DNA from: an uncultured Alphaproteobacteria bacterium
GTDB taxonomy: Bacteria; Pseudomonadota; Alphaproteobacteria; Rhizobiales; Beijerinckiaceae
Assembly (NCBI GenBank): GCA_963841875.1
Contig: CAWJEI010000002.1
Span: forward strand, 91,838 to 155,837
Direction: 5' to 3'
DNA length: 64,000 bases
Shown here: one piece after another, positions 9,630 to 19,049 of the stretch
Layout of the letters: each line of letters starts with the position of its first letter
Numbering within the stretch: the stretch's first letter is position 1
Translations under genes and position numbers: made by a program
Notes under the pieces: generated by a model
What the model was told of the DNA's origin: nothing
The model's database searches: none
The model's input: only the letters and a program-made list of their open reading frames with translations

Positions 9630-10580
9630 ATGTCGCTGGAAACGTCACAAATACGATATCCGCACCGCCATCTGCTTGGGATCGAGGGCTTGTCCCGGCC
9701 CGAGATACTGGCTCTGCTGGAAATGGCGGAGAACGCCATCGAAGTTTCGCGCCAGGTCGAAAAGAAAAGCTCGAAGCTGCGGGGGCGCACCCAGATCAAT
9801 CTGTTTTACGAATCCTCGACGCGCACCCAGGCCTCGTTCGAAATCGCCGGCAAGAGGCTTGGCGCCGACGTCATGAACATGTCGGTCGCTCAATCTTCGG
9901 AAAAAAAAGGCGAGACGCTTATCGACACGGCCATGACGCTGAACGCAATGCGCCCGGATATCATTGTCGTCCGTCACGCCCAGGCCGGCGCCGCGCACCT
10001 TCTTGCGCGCAAGGTCGACTGTTCCGTCGTGAACGCGGGTGACGGCGCCCATGAACACCCCACGCAGGCGCTGCTTGATGCGCTCACGATCCGCAGGAAC
10101 AAGGGGCGCATCGAGGGGCTTAACGTTGCGATATGCGGCGACGTGCTCCATTCGCGCGTGGCCCGGTCCAACATACTTCTCCTTGGCGCGCTGGGCGCGC
10201 GGCTCCGGGCGGTGGGGCCTTCGACTCTGGTTCCGCGCACGCTTGAGAGGCTGGGCGTCGAGGTTTTCAACGACATGGCGCGCGGGCTCGACGGCGTGGA
10301 TATCGTGATGATGCTGCGCCTGCAGCGAGAGCGCATGAGTGGCGCGCTTGTTCCCAGTTCACGCGAATATTTCCATTTTTTCGGGCTCGACGAGGAAAAG
10401 CTTGCGCGGGCGGCTCCAGGCGCGCTCGTGATGCATCCCGGGCCGATGAACCGGGGCGTGGAGATTGACTCGACCGTCGCCGACGGGCCGCAGTCGCTCA
10501 TCCGCGAGCAGGTCGAGATGGGGGTGGCCGTACGCATGGCCGTGCTCGAGGCTCTCGCGCATCATCTTCCAAATGTGTAA
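9630..10580 (+). CDS. pyrB: Aspartate carbamoyltransferase catalytic subunit
   Basis: 316 aa with STRTQ (carbamoyl-phosphate binding), HPTQ and the HPGP/LP motifs of ATCase/OTCase. Confidence 0.9.
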   Translation: MSLETSQIRYPHRHLLGIEGLSRPEILALLEMAENAIEVSRQVEKKSSKLRGRTQINLFYESSTRTQASFEIAGKRLGADVMNMSVAQSSEKKGETLIDTAMTLNAMRPDIIVVRHAQAGAAHLLARKVDCSVVNAGDGAHEHPTQALLDALTIRRNKGRIEGLNVAICGDVLHSRVARSNILLLGALGARLRAVGPSTLVPRTLERLGVEVFNDMARGLDGVDIVMMLRLQRERMSGALVPSSREYFHFFGLDEEKLARAAPGALVMHPGPMNRGVEIDSTVADGPQSLIREQVEMGVAVRMAVLEALAHHLPNV

Positions 10581-10624
10581 TCATGGGGGCAGGATTTCAG
10601 CTCTCTGACTTCAAGGGGTGACCA

Positions 10625-10981
10625 ATGATGAAGCTCATTCGACTGGGCGGTCTCTTGTCCCAGTCCATTTTCCTGCAATTCGTCCATCTGGTTGGCCTGG
10701 GCGCCTTCTTGATCGCGGCGGCGCTTGGATATTTCCGGGTTCCGTCATGGACCGTCCCGATACTCGCGGTGGCGTTCGGCGTGGGCGCGGACAGATTAGT
10801 GGATGTCACCGACGTCACCGGACTGCTTGAAAAGGCGTCGAAGGCCAATGAGCGCGGGGGGTTTCTGATCCTCGTCTATGCGGTGATCACCATAGTGGGC
10901 TATATCGTGGGCGCTTATGGTCGCCATCATCTTGAAAATTCAAGGATTGCGGCGGCGCCGCAAGTCTCCGCAAAAAAATAG
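10625..10981 (+). CDS. Hypothetical small membrane protein
   Basis: 118-aa ORF with 3 predicted TM helices and high GC3. No recognisable family. Confidence 0.35.
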   Translation: MMKLIRLGGLLSQSIFLQFVHLVGLGAFLIAAALGYFRVPSWTVPILAVAFGVGADRLVDVTDVTGLLEKASKANERGGFLILVYAVITIVGYIVGAYGRHHLENSRIAAAPQVSAKK

Positions 10982-11075
10982 TCGTTTGGCCTGCGCCTTT
11001 CGGGCGGCGGCGTCCCGAAACGGGGCCCGCGAGATGGCCGATGCGGCGGGCGATTGCACCCGCCGCTCGATCACG

Positions 11076-12056
11076 TCACAGTCCTTCGAACAGCGCGGTT
11101 GAGAGATAGCGTTCGGCGAAAGACGGGATGATAAGGACTATGTTCTTTCCCTCGGCTTCGGGCCGCGCGGCGATTTCAAGCGCCGCCGCGACCGCCGCGC
11201 CGGAGGATATGCCAACCGGAATGCCCTCGATGCGCGCCAGATGCCGCGCGGTTTCAAAGGCGGTCTGATTGCCGATCGTGATGATTTCGTCGATCACGCT
11301 GCGATCAAGCACGGGCGGCACAAATCCCGCCCCGATGCCCTGGATCTTGTGCGGTCCCGGCGGGCGCCCGGACAAGACCGCTGAATCCTCCGGCTCGACG
11401 GCGACGATGCGCAATCCGGGACGGCGTGGCTTCAGAGCCTGCCCAACGCCCGTGATGGTGCCGCCGGTGCCGACGCCCGAGACGAAATAGTCGACTTCGC
11501 CATTGGTGTCGTTCCAGATTTCCTCGGCAGTGGTGGTTCGATGAATTTCCGGATTGGCCGGATTCTCGAATTGCTGCGGGATGACCGCGCCGGGGTTTTC
11601 GGCCGCGAGCTCATTGGCCTTGGCGACCGCGCCCTTCATGCCTTGGGCGGCAGGGGTCAGCACAAGCTCGGCGCCGAGCAGGGCAAGCATTTTTCGCCGT
11701 TCGATCGACATTGACTCCGGCATGACGAGGATGAGCCGGTAGCCCCGCGCTGCGGCGACGAAGGCCAGCGCGATGCCGGTGTTGCCGGAGGTCGGTTCGA
11801 TCAGGACATTCTTGCCCGGCGCGATCTTGCCGCTCTTCTCCAAGGACTCGATCAGATTGACGCCGATGCGGTCCTTGACGCTGGAAATCGGGTTAAAGAA
11901 CTCGAGCTTCGCAAGCAAATTGGCCTTTACGCCCTTTTCCTTCGCCAGTCGGTCGAGACGCACGATGGGCGTATCGCCGATCGTTTGGGTGATTGAGTCA
12001 TAGATGCGTCCGCGACCGGGTTTGGCGGGGGGCGTGTAATTGGGGCTTTGCGACAC
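11076..12056 (-). CDS. cysK: Cysteine synthase A (O-acetylserine sulfhydrylase)
   Basis: 326 aa with the PLP-enzyme motifs SVKDR and GNTG and the CysK C-terminal pattern. Confidence 0.9.
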   Translation of the reverse strand: MSQSPNYTPPAKPGRGRIYDSITQTIGDTPIVRLDRLAKEKGVKANLLAKLEFFNPISSVKDRIGVNLIESLEKSGKIAPGKNVLIEPTSGNTGIALAFVAAARGYRLILVMPESMSIERRKMLALLGAELVLTPAAQGMKGAVAKANELAAENPGAVIPQQFENPANPEIHRTTTAEEIWNDTNGEVDYFVSGVGTGGTITGVGQALKPRRPGLRIVAVEPEDSAVLSGRPPGPHKIQGIGAGFVPPVLDRSVIDEIITIGNQTAFETARHLARIEGIPVGISSGAAVAAALEIAARPEAEGKNIVLIIPSFAERYLSTALFEGL

Positions 12057-12139
12057 CTTGGCTGCTCCGTGTTTGACGGCGTCGTCGCTGCCGCGCCGCG
12101 CGTCGTTGGACCGAATGAAACTTCATCGTCTCGCCGCCG

Positions 12140-12646
12140 TCAAATCGCGGCGGCCTCCGCGATGCGGGATTTGCGGGCGGCCTGCTCGACCTGATCCGGA
12201 AAGGGCAGGGCGGTGGTCGCCTTGATGCGCTCCATGGCGAATCTCGACACCACATTGCGCAACGGCGTAATTGAGATCAGCCGCTTGTAGAACTCATCAT
12301 AGGCCGCCATGTTGGCGACGACCACGCGCAGCATGTAATCTATGTCCCCCGCCATCCGGTGGAACTCGACGACCTCGGGCATTTTCGCGACCTGCTGTGT
12401 AAATCTGTCTAGCCACGCCTCGGAATGTTCACCGGCGGCGATCGAAACATAGACGCAAAGACCGAGGCCAAGTTTTTCGGGAGAGAGCAGCGCCACCCGG
12501 CGGGTGATAACGCCAGCGGCCTCAAGCTTCTGGATGCGTTTCCAGCAGGGCGTTTGTGAAAGTCCGACGCGGGCTGCGATCTCGGCGATCGGGAGCGAGG
12601 CGTTCTCCTGAAGGATGGAAAGTATTTTCTGATCCAGCGCGTCCAT
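12140..12646 (-). CDS. Lrp/AsnC-family transcriptional regulator
   Basis: 168 aa with an N-terminal HTH (MDALDQKILSILQENASLPIAEIAARVGLSQTPCWKRIQKLE) and a C-terminal RAM domain. Confidence 0.85.
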   Translation of the reverse strand: MDALDQKILSILQENASLPIAEIAARVGLSQTPCWKRIQKLEAAGVITRRVALLSPEKLGLGLCVYVSIAAGEHSEAWLDRFTQQVAKMPEVVEFHRMAGDIDYMLRVVVANMAAYDEFYKRLISITPLRNVVSRFAMERIKATTALPFPDQVEQAARKSRIAEAAAI

Positions 12647-12922
12647 GTTTTCAGCTCAATGCGTTGTCGGCCCTTCCGTTGGGAGCCGGAGTGCAGGGCC
12701 CCAGCGGCGCTTAAGGCCTTGGAGGGAGAATTATTTTATTTAGTCTATAAAAAAAGTATTCTATGTCAAGTGGCTGATCCCCAGAAAAATCGGGCAGGGA
12801 GGAATTCTATCTGGTCGGATATCTAAAGAGGCTATGGAATATAATTCTGCTTTGGTATGAGAAACGGCGGTCTCGGACGTCCCGTTTGGCGGGACCGGAG
12901 ACCACGGAAAGGTTTTGGGGTC

Positions 12923-13387
12923 ATGCTGACCAAGAAAGCCAAATATGGGCTGAAGGCGTTGGTCTTTCTCGCCGGGATCGCGCCCGGCCAGACGGCCCTG
13001 GTCGCCGACATAGCGCAAGCAAATCAAATCCCCAAGAAGTTCCTCGACGCCATTCTGGGCGAATTGCGCAACGCCGGTTTCGTCCATTCCAAGAAAGGCA
13101 AGGGCGGCGGCTACACGCTTGCGCGGGCTCCCTCGGAAATCGGCGTCGGCAATGTGATTCGTGCGCTTGACGGCCCGCTGGCGCCTATTCAGTGCGCGAG
13201 CAGGACCGTTTACCGACGCTGCGACGACTGTCTGGACGAAGTACACTGCGCCGTTCGCCTCGTGATGCTGGAGGCGCGGGAGGCCATCGCTAGCGTGCTG
13301 GACAAGACCACTCTCGCGCAAATGCGCGCAATGGGAGAGCGCGGCGAGTCTCTGGAAAATGTGGAAAAGTCGCTTCATCCTGCCTGA
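12923..13387 (+). CDS. Rrf2-family transcriptional regulator (Cys-cluster, likely Fe-S/iron-responsive)
   Basis: Start taken at the internal ATG at 12923 (MLTKKAKYGLKALVFLA..., the Rrf2 N-terminal HTH). Cys cluster CASRTVYRRCDDCLDEVHC. Divergent from the Lrp gene across an AT-rich intergenic region. Confidence 0.8.
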   Translation: MLTKKAKYGLKALVFLAGIAPGQTALVADIAQANQIPKKFLDAILGELRNAGFVHSKKGKGGGYTLARAPSEIGVGNVIRALDGPLAPIQCASRTVYRRCDDCLDEVHCAVRLVMLEAREAIASVLDKTTLAQMRAMGERGESLENVEKSLHPA

Positions 13388-13528
13388 ATGAGCGGTTCCC
13401 GCTTTCCAACTGGCGGCGGGGCATGGACATGATGCGATGCGGAATTTATAAAGCCCGCACAGCCGCCGGACGCCCTCAGCGCGGTTTTACCAATCTCCAG
13501 AGGCCGGCGCGACGCCGGGAAAACGCAA

Positions 13529-14266
13529 ATGGTTCAAGCAGCCGCGGCGCCGCTCCCTTCGACGGCCGAGCCCGTCGCCAATGATCTGGGCAAGGCCACC
13601 GCCGCCTTGCGCAGGACGATGGTGGAGCGCCAGTTGCGCCCCTTCGACGTAACTGACCTGCCGGTGCTGAACCGCTTCCTGAACGTGCCGCGCGAAGCGT
13701 TTCTTCCGCCCTCGCTTGCGGCGGTGGCCTATTCCGACCTCGCGGTGGTCGGCAAAGGCTCCTCGGGCGCTTGTTCGCGCGCCCTGCCGGCGCCTCTGGT
13801 TCTTGCGCGCTTTCTGCAGAGCGCCGAGATCCGCCCCCACCACAAGGTGCTGGATATCGCCGGCGGGGCCGGCTATCCAGCGGCTTTGCTGTCGGGGCTT
13901 GCCGCGGAGGTGGTCGCACTTGAAAGCGATCCGGAGCTTGCCGAGCAGGCGCGGGCGAATCTGGCGAAGGTCGGCGCGACACAAGTGCGCGTCCTGTGCG
14001 GGCCGCTTGAGAAAGGCGCGCCGGAGTCAGGGCCCTTCGACGTGATCTTGATCCATGGAGCGGTCGAGGACGGACTGGACGCCCTACAGGATCAGCTCAC
14101 GGCAAACGGGCATATTCTGGCCTATAGAAAATTCAGTGGCGACAGCGGGATGAAAGTGGTTCGTCTTGAGCGGTCCGAAGGCAAACCCGCCGGAGAACGC
14201 CCACTGTTTGACGCGACCGCGCCCTTGCTTGCTCCCTTCGCGAAGGCGCCCGCCTTCGAGCTCTGA
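13529..14266 (+). CDS. pcm: Protein-L-isoaspartate O-methyltransferase family protein
   Basis: 245 aa with the SAM-methyltransferase motif VLDIAGGAGYPAALL and the Pcm-like N-terminus (...MVERQLRPFDV..). Confidence 0.7.
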   Translation: MVQAAAAPLPSTAEPVANDLGKATAALRRTMVERQLRPFDVTDLPVLNRFLNVPREAFLPPSLAAVAYSDLAVVGKGSSGACSRALPAPLVLARFLQSAEIRPHHKVLDIAGGAGYPAALLSGLAAEVVALESDPELAEQARANLAKVGATQVRVLCGPLEKGAPESGPFDVILIHGAVEDGLDALQDQLTANGHILAYRKFSGDSGMKVVRLERSEGKPAGERPLFDATAPLLAPFAKAPAFEL

Positions 14267-14533
14267 TGCTCTTGGCGCCGAATCCTGCGACCCATTGGCG
14301 CGACGTGAACTCAAAACAGCCTGTGACGTTGGCGCGGCCATGTTGTCGCCCGACTTTTGCAGATAGGTGGAGCCTTGCGTTTTCAGTTCCGTCGCCAGCT
14401 CGGCTTCGCTCCTGCAGGAAATCCGCCTGTATTTGGCCGCGCCCTTCTGTCATGCCTTGGCAGGATCGGAGGTCCGTCGATCGAGAGCCGCCGCGAAGCC
14501 GACGGCGCGGGGCGGGATATTGAGGTCAAGCGG

Positions 14534-16013
14534 ATGTATGGTCCGGCTAAAAGCAAGCGATCGCATCGGCTTTCGGCCGGACACAGGCTCTGCGCGCCCG
14601 CTGCGAAGGTTCTCGTCTCTGGTTTTCTGGCGGCGGTTTTGCCCCTCGCCGTCTTTGCAAGCTGCGCGCGCGCCGAAACAATGAATTCCGCGCTGGCGCG
14701 CGCCTATGGCGGCAATCCCGATCTGAACCAAAGCCGGGCCTCCGTCCGCGCGCGCGACGAAGAATCCCCCAAGGCCAGCGCGGGCATGCGTCCCAAGGCG
14801 AGCATTACCGCCAGCGCTGGGCCGGAGTCCGCCGCAATCAGAATTCCTGCTGGCCGCAACTCCCTTACGGGCCAGCGCGCTTATTATTCGGACCAATATC
14901 TCGGCAAGCCGCGCGGCGCGACGCTAAACCTGTCGCAGACCCTGTTCGATGGCGGAAAAACCGTCAACTCCGTTCGTCAGGCGGAATCGTCAGTGCTCTC
15001 CGCGCGCGCCTCCATGCGCCAGACGGAGCAATCCATCCTTCAAACGGCCGCCACCTCCTACATGAACGTGCTGCGCGACACGGCGATACTGGCGCTGCGC
15101 AAGAGCAATGTCTCGGTGCTCGACCAGCAGTTGCGCCTCACCCGCGATCGTTTCGATGTTGGTGAAGTGACTCGGACAGACGTCGCTCAGGCCGAGGCCT
15201 CGCTGGCCCAGGCGCGATCCGACGTCTACGCAGCCGAGGGCGTGCTGAAAATCAGCGTCGCCAGCTACCGGCAGGTCGTCGGGGTCGACCCAAAGCGTCT
15301 GGACCCAGGACAAAGCGTAGAGAAATTGCTGCCAAAATCGCTGAATGAAGCGATTTCCGGGGCGCTTCTGCAAAACCCGGCGATCATTGGCGCCGAACAT
15401 CAGGTCGATGTCGCGGCCCTTGCGGTCAAGGTCGCGGAGAGCGCCCTGTCTCCAACCGTGTCCGTCACCGCCCAGGTGGGACAGCAATATCGACTCGTTC
15501 CTGGGCGAGCCCGGATCGCGGCAGTTCTCGGCCCAGGCGACGGGCTCCCTGAATATTCCACTTTATCAGGGAGGCTCCGAATATGCTTCCATCCGGCAGG
15601 CCAAGGAGCAACTGGGCCAGGCGCGTCTTTCCGCCGATCTGCAGCGCGACAATGTTCGCGTCAGCGTCGTTTCCAGCTTCGCCCAGCTGGAGACCGCGAA
15701 AGCGTCGATCATCTCCAATCAGGCGACCGTGAAAGCCGCCGAAATCGCCTTGCTGGGCGTTCGCGAGGAGGCGAAAGTCGGTCAGCGCACAACTCTCGAC
15801 GTGCTGAACGCGCAACAGGCGCTGCTCAATGCGCGCGTCAATCTGGTGATTGCGCAACGAGACAGAATTGTCGCCTCCTACGCGGCGCTGGCGGCGATCG
15901 GTAGGCTTACCGCGAGCGATTTGCGACTGGACGTCGTCGAATACGACCCTTCTGTCCATTTCGATCAGGTCAAGGACCAGTGGATCGGGATCGGCACGCC
16001 CGATGGGCGCTAG
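14534..16013 (+). CDS. tolC: TolC-family outer-membrane efflux protein, interrupted by an apparent +1 frameshift near 15485-15505
   Basis: The N-terminal two-thirds lies in the frame of ORF 14357-15904: signal peptide, then ETMNSALARAYGGNPDLNQ..., the typical TolC start. The C-terminal third (…DSFLGEPGSRQF…NIPLYQGG…LNAQQALLNARVNLVIAQRD...) lies in the +1 frame of ORF 15345-16013. Together they form one ~490-aa TolC. Confidence 0.75.
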
Positions 16014-16179
16014 CGGCCCCGGAACAGCGCCGAATATGCGCACGCGACGTGACATGTCCGCGTGAAAGGTGTGGAATTCGAAATACGGCGGTTGATTCGC
16101 GCCGCCAGCAAGGCCACACCGTAACTATGCGAGATTTTGTCCGGGCCTCGCCGGATGGTCGAACCTGAAAAGAACCCCC

Positions 16180-16857
16180 ATGACCGCTTTGAATGCACAG
16201 ACCCCGGCGTCTTCACTCGATGACGAGCGCCGCGCGCATGAGCCTTCGATGGAGGAGATACTTGCGTCCATCCGGCGGATCATCGCCGATGACGACGCAA
16301 CTGTGTCCACACGGCGTGAAAGGGTTGATCGTCATGGAACCGCGTCGGCCTACCAGGACGAGGCGCAACCAGCGTTGGCTGTCGCTCCGCCATCCGCCGT
16401 TGAAGCCGCCCACGTGAACGAGATCGAAGCCGACGACTATGCCGCCGCTGCCGAATTTCACGACAGCGACGACACCTATGAGGAATCCGCGGCTGTTTCC
16501 GTCGAGGAACACGTTCCAGGCCCTGAGAGCGAGGCGCGGGAAGAGATTGTCGCTTCGCACGACTATTACGAACAGGCGGACGAAGAGACGGGCTATTACC
16601 AAAACGCTCGGGAGTCCTTCGAGCCGGCCGAAAGCGCCGCGCCCCTGGTTTCGCCCGATGCGGCCGCCTCGATCACCGCGCAGTTTCAGGCTCTGGCGGC
16701 CAGCATGGTCATAAATGACTCCGGCCTGCTCCATGACTACGCGCGTGAAATGCTGCGCCCGATGCTCAAGGCCTGGCTCGACGACAATCTTCCGGTGCTG
16801 GTGGAACGTCTGGTGCGCGCGGAGATCGAGCGCGTCGCGCGCGGGGGCCGGCGCTGA
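16180..16857 (+). CDS. popZ: Pole-organizing protein PopZ-like (DUF2497)
   Basis: N-terminus ...MEEILASIRRIIADD, a long acidic/Pro-rich linker, and C-terminus ...YAREMLRPMLKAWLDDNLPVLVERLVRAEIERV (DUF2497 signature). Confidence 0.6.
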   Translation: MTALNAQTPASSLDDERRAHEPSMEEILASIRRIIADDDATVSTRRERVDRHGTASAYQDEAQPALAVAPPSAVEAAHVNEIEADDYAAAAEFHDSDDTYEESAAVSVEEHVPGPESEAREEIVASHDYYEQADEETGYYQNARESFEPAESAAPLVSPDAAASITAQFQALAASMVINDSGLLHDYAREMLRPMLKAWLDDNLPVLVERLVRAEIERVARGGRR

Positions 16858-16921
16858 ATTATTGGCCCTGGCGCCAGCGCCGTTAACGCGGCTTATACCC
16901 TGTCGTCGTTAAGCTACGGCA

Positions 16922-17263
16922 ATGTACCGCTTACGCGCAATGATCCGTCCGCTTCTGGTTCCGCTCGGCCTTTACAGCCTTGCAGGCCTGATAGCCGGCT
17001 ATTTCGTCTGGCATGGGCTCCATGGGCAGCGCGGCCTGAAGACGGGCGAGGAATATGAGCAGCGCCTGGCTCAATTGCGGTTGGACCGCGATTTGCTGAA
17101 GCTGGAGCGCATGCAATGGGACAAGCGCATCGCGCTTTTTCGCGGCGAGACTGTCGACGCTGACATTCTCGACGAGGAATCGCGGGCCCTGCTGGGCCGG
17201 GTTCACAAGAACGAAGTCGTGATTTTCATTCCAAACGGCGACGGCGCCACGGCGACGCGATAA
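16922..17263 (+). CDS. Septum-formation initiator (FtsB/DivIC-like) protein
   Basis: 113 aa with a single N-terminal TM helix and a coiled-coil (EEYEQRLAQLRLDRDLLKLERMQWDKR). Confidence 0.55.
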   Translation: MYRLRAMIRPLLVPLGLYSLAGLIAGYFVWHGLHGQRGLKTGEEYEQRLAQLRLDRDLLKLERMQWDKRIALFRGETVDADILDEESRALLGRVHKNEVVIFIPNGDGATATR

Positions 17264-17295
17264 CCGGCGCCGCCCTCAGGCCATATGGCGTCTCT

Positions 17296-18216
17296 TCACC
17301 GGATTTTCACGAAGCGGCCATGGAAACCGGTCGGTCCCAGCGGCTTCACCAATCCCCGCGCGATCAAATCCTCGATATGCGAGAACACGGTCAGGGCCGC
17401 CGCCCCGTGCAGGCGTTGGTCAACGCCCTCATAGATGCGCGCCACCATTTGCGTAATGGTCTCGTCGCCTTCCTCAAGCCGCTGCAATATCGCCGCCTCG
17501 CGCTGACGCCGGTGATGGACCAGGGCGCGCAGATAGCGCTGCGGATCGCGCACAGGACCGCCATGCGCGGGCCAGTGCAGAACATCGTCCCTCGCGCGCA
17601 GCTTTTCGATCGATTCCATATAGTCGCGCATCGAGCCATCGGGTGGCGCGATTACGGTTGTCGCCCAGGCCATCACGTGATCGCCGGTGAACAGCGTGCG
17701 CTCCTCATGCAGCGCGAAGCAAAGATGATTGGCGCTGTGGCCCGGCGTCGCCACGGCCTCGATGGTCGCGGCGCCGATTTTCAGTGTTTCGCCGTCGTGC
17801 AGCGCGCGGTCCGGCTCATAGAGGCGATCATGCGAGGCGTCGAGGCCCGGGCCGGTGACCGCGAGATCGGCGGGCGGGGCATAGGGCGCGCAGCCGACGA
17901 CCGGCGCGCCGGTTTTCTCACGCAGAACGGCTGCCGCGGGGGAATGATCGCGATGGGTGTGGGTGACGAGGATAGCGGCGAGTTTCTCGCTCTCCGTCGC
18001 CTTGAGCAGGGCGTCGATATGGCTGGCGATCGCGGGGCCGGGGTCGATGATCGCGACCTCGCCCTCGCCGACGATATATGAGCAGGTGCCGGTAAAGGTG
18101 AAGCCGCCCGCATTGGGCGCGATCAGCCGGCGCGTCAGGGGCGACACGCGCGCGAGGACGCCCGCCGGGGTCGCGAAGGATGTGTCGAAGGTTGAAAGGT
18201 CGCGCCCGTCGGACAT
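17296..18216 (-). CDS. MBL-fold metallo-hydrolase
   Basis: 306 aa with a metallo-beta-lactamase HxHxDH motif (VTHTHRDHS) and downstream His/Asp ligands (TPGHS..., FTGDHV). Confidence 0.8.
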   Translation of the reverse strand: MSDGRDLSTFDTSFATPAGVLARVSPLTRRLIAPNAGGFTFTGTCSYIVGEGEVAIIDPGPAIASHIDALLKATESEKLAAILVTHTHRDHSPAAAVLREKTGAPVVGCAPYAPPADLAVTGPGLDASHDRLYEPDRALHDGETLKIGAATIEAVATPGHSANHLCFALHEERTLFTGDHVMAWATTVIAPPDGSMRDYMESIEKLRARDDVLHWPAHGGPVRDPQRYLRALVHHRRQREAAILQRLEEGDETITQMVARIYEGVDQRLHGAAALTVFSHIEDLIARGLVKPLGPTGFHGRFVKIR

Positions 18217-18380
18217 TGAACTTCCCTGAACGTCGGCGCCCGCCCGACCTTTGTCCGTAAGGGAAGATGTATAGCGCCTTAAGTTGGGAATGTCCGTCCT
18301 GACAAACTGGTTGTTCGGAATCTCGTCTCTCTCGCCGCCACCCCGTCCGGTTGAACGCGGGCGGCGGCGAACAGTGCGGG

Positions 18381-18899
18381 TCAGGCCTTTGTTGCAGGAG
18401 CGGGTGCGGCCTCGTTCACGGCGGAGAGCGCGGCGCGCAGCGCGTCTTCCTTGGTGTGATCAAAGGAGGTCCGCATCACCTTGCCGCCGACGCCCTTGAG
18501 ATCCTCGAGCACCTTGTCCGCGGTGAATTTGCGGATCAGCAGGAAGAGGGCGGCGTTGCCGGGCTCCAGACTGCCGGCGACTTCCTTCATGAACTTGTCG
18601 TTGACGCCGACGTCGGTCAGCCAGCCGCTCGCCGCGCCCGAGGCCGCGCCAAGCGCCGCGCCAGCCAGCGGCATCAGGAAGATCAGGCCGATCAGCGATC
18701 CCCACAACGCGCCGGAGGCGGCGCCGACTGCGGTCGTGTTGAGCAGCTGATTGAGCCTCACGCTGCCGTCGGCCTGCCTGACGGCGATCGCCGCGTCGCC
18801 GAGTTCAATGAGATATTCCTTTTGCAGGTTGAGAACCTTCTGGCGTACCTCCTCGGCCTTGGCTTCGCTCGGAAATGCAATAACGACAAGATCGCTCAT
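18381..18899 (-). CDS. DUF1269-like membrane protein
   Basis: 172 aa. Soluble N-terminal domain (MSDLVVIAFPSEAKAEEVRQKVLNLQKEY...) followed by Gly/Ala-rich TM segments. Confidence 0.45.
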   Translation of the reverse strand: MSDLVVIAFPSEAKAEEVRQKVLNLQKEYLIELGDAAIAVRQADGSVRLNQLLNTTAVGAASGALWGSLIGLIFLMPLAGAALGAASGAASGWLTDVGVNDKFMKEVAGSLEPGNAALFLLIRKFTADKVLEDLKGVGGKVMRTSFDHTKEDALRAALSAVNEAAPAPATKA

Positions 18900-19049
18900 T
18901 TGTTTCTCCCATGAGTCATTGAAAACGCTTCGGCGCTCGCCGTTGGTCGGCGCGGCCTAGCCTAGTTATTGTAGCGCCTATTAGAAAAAACAATGACAGA
19001 CTTGAACTTAGCGAGCAATTCACGGGGCGGCGCGATCCCGGGGCGCTGT

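Noticed and set aside
12857-12922. Upstream start of the Rrf2 ORF given by the track
   Set aside because: The Rrf2 HTH begins at MLTKKAKYGLKAL (ATG 12923). The prefix is Arg/Gly-rich non-coding-like sequence.
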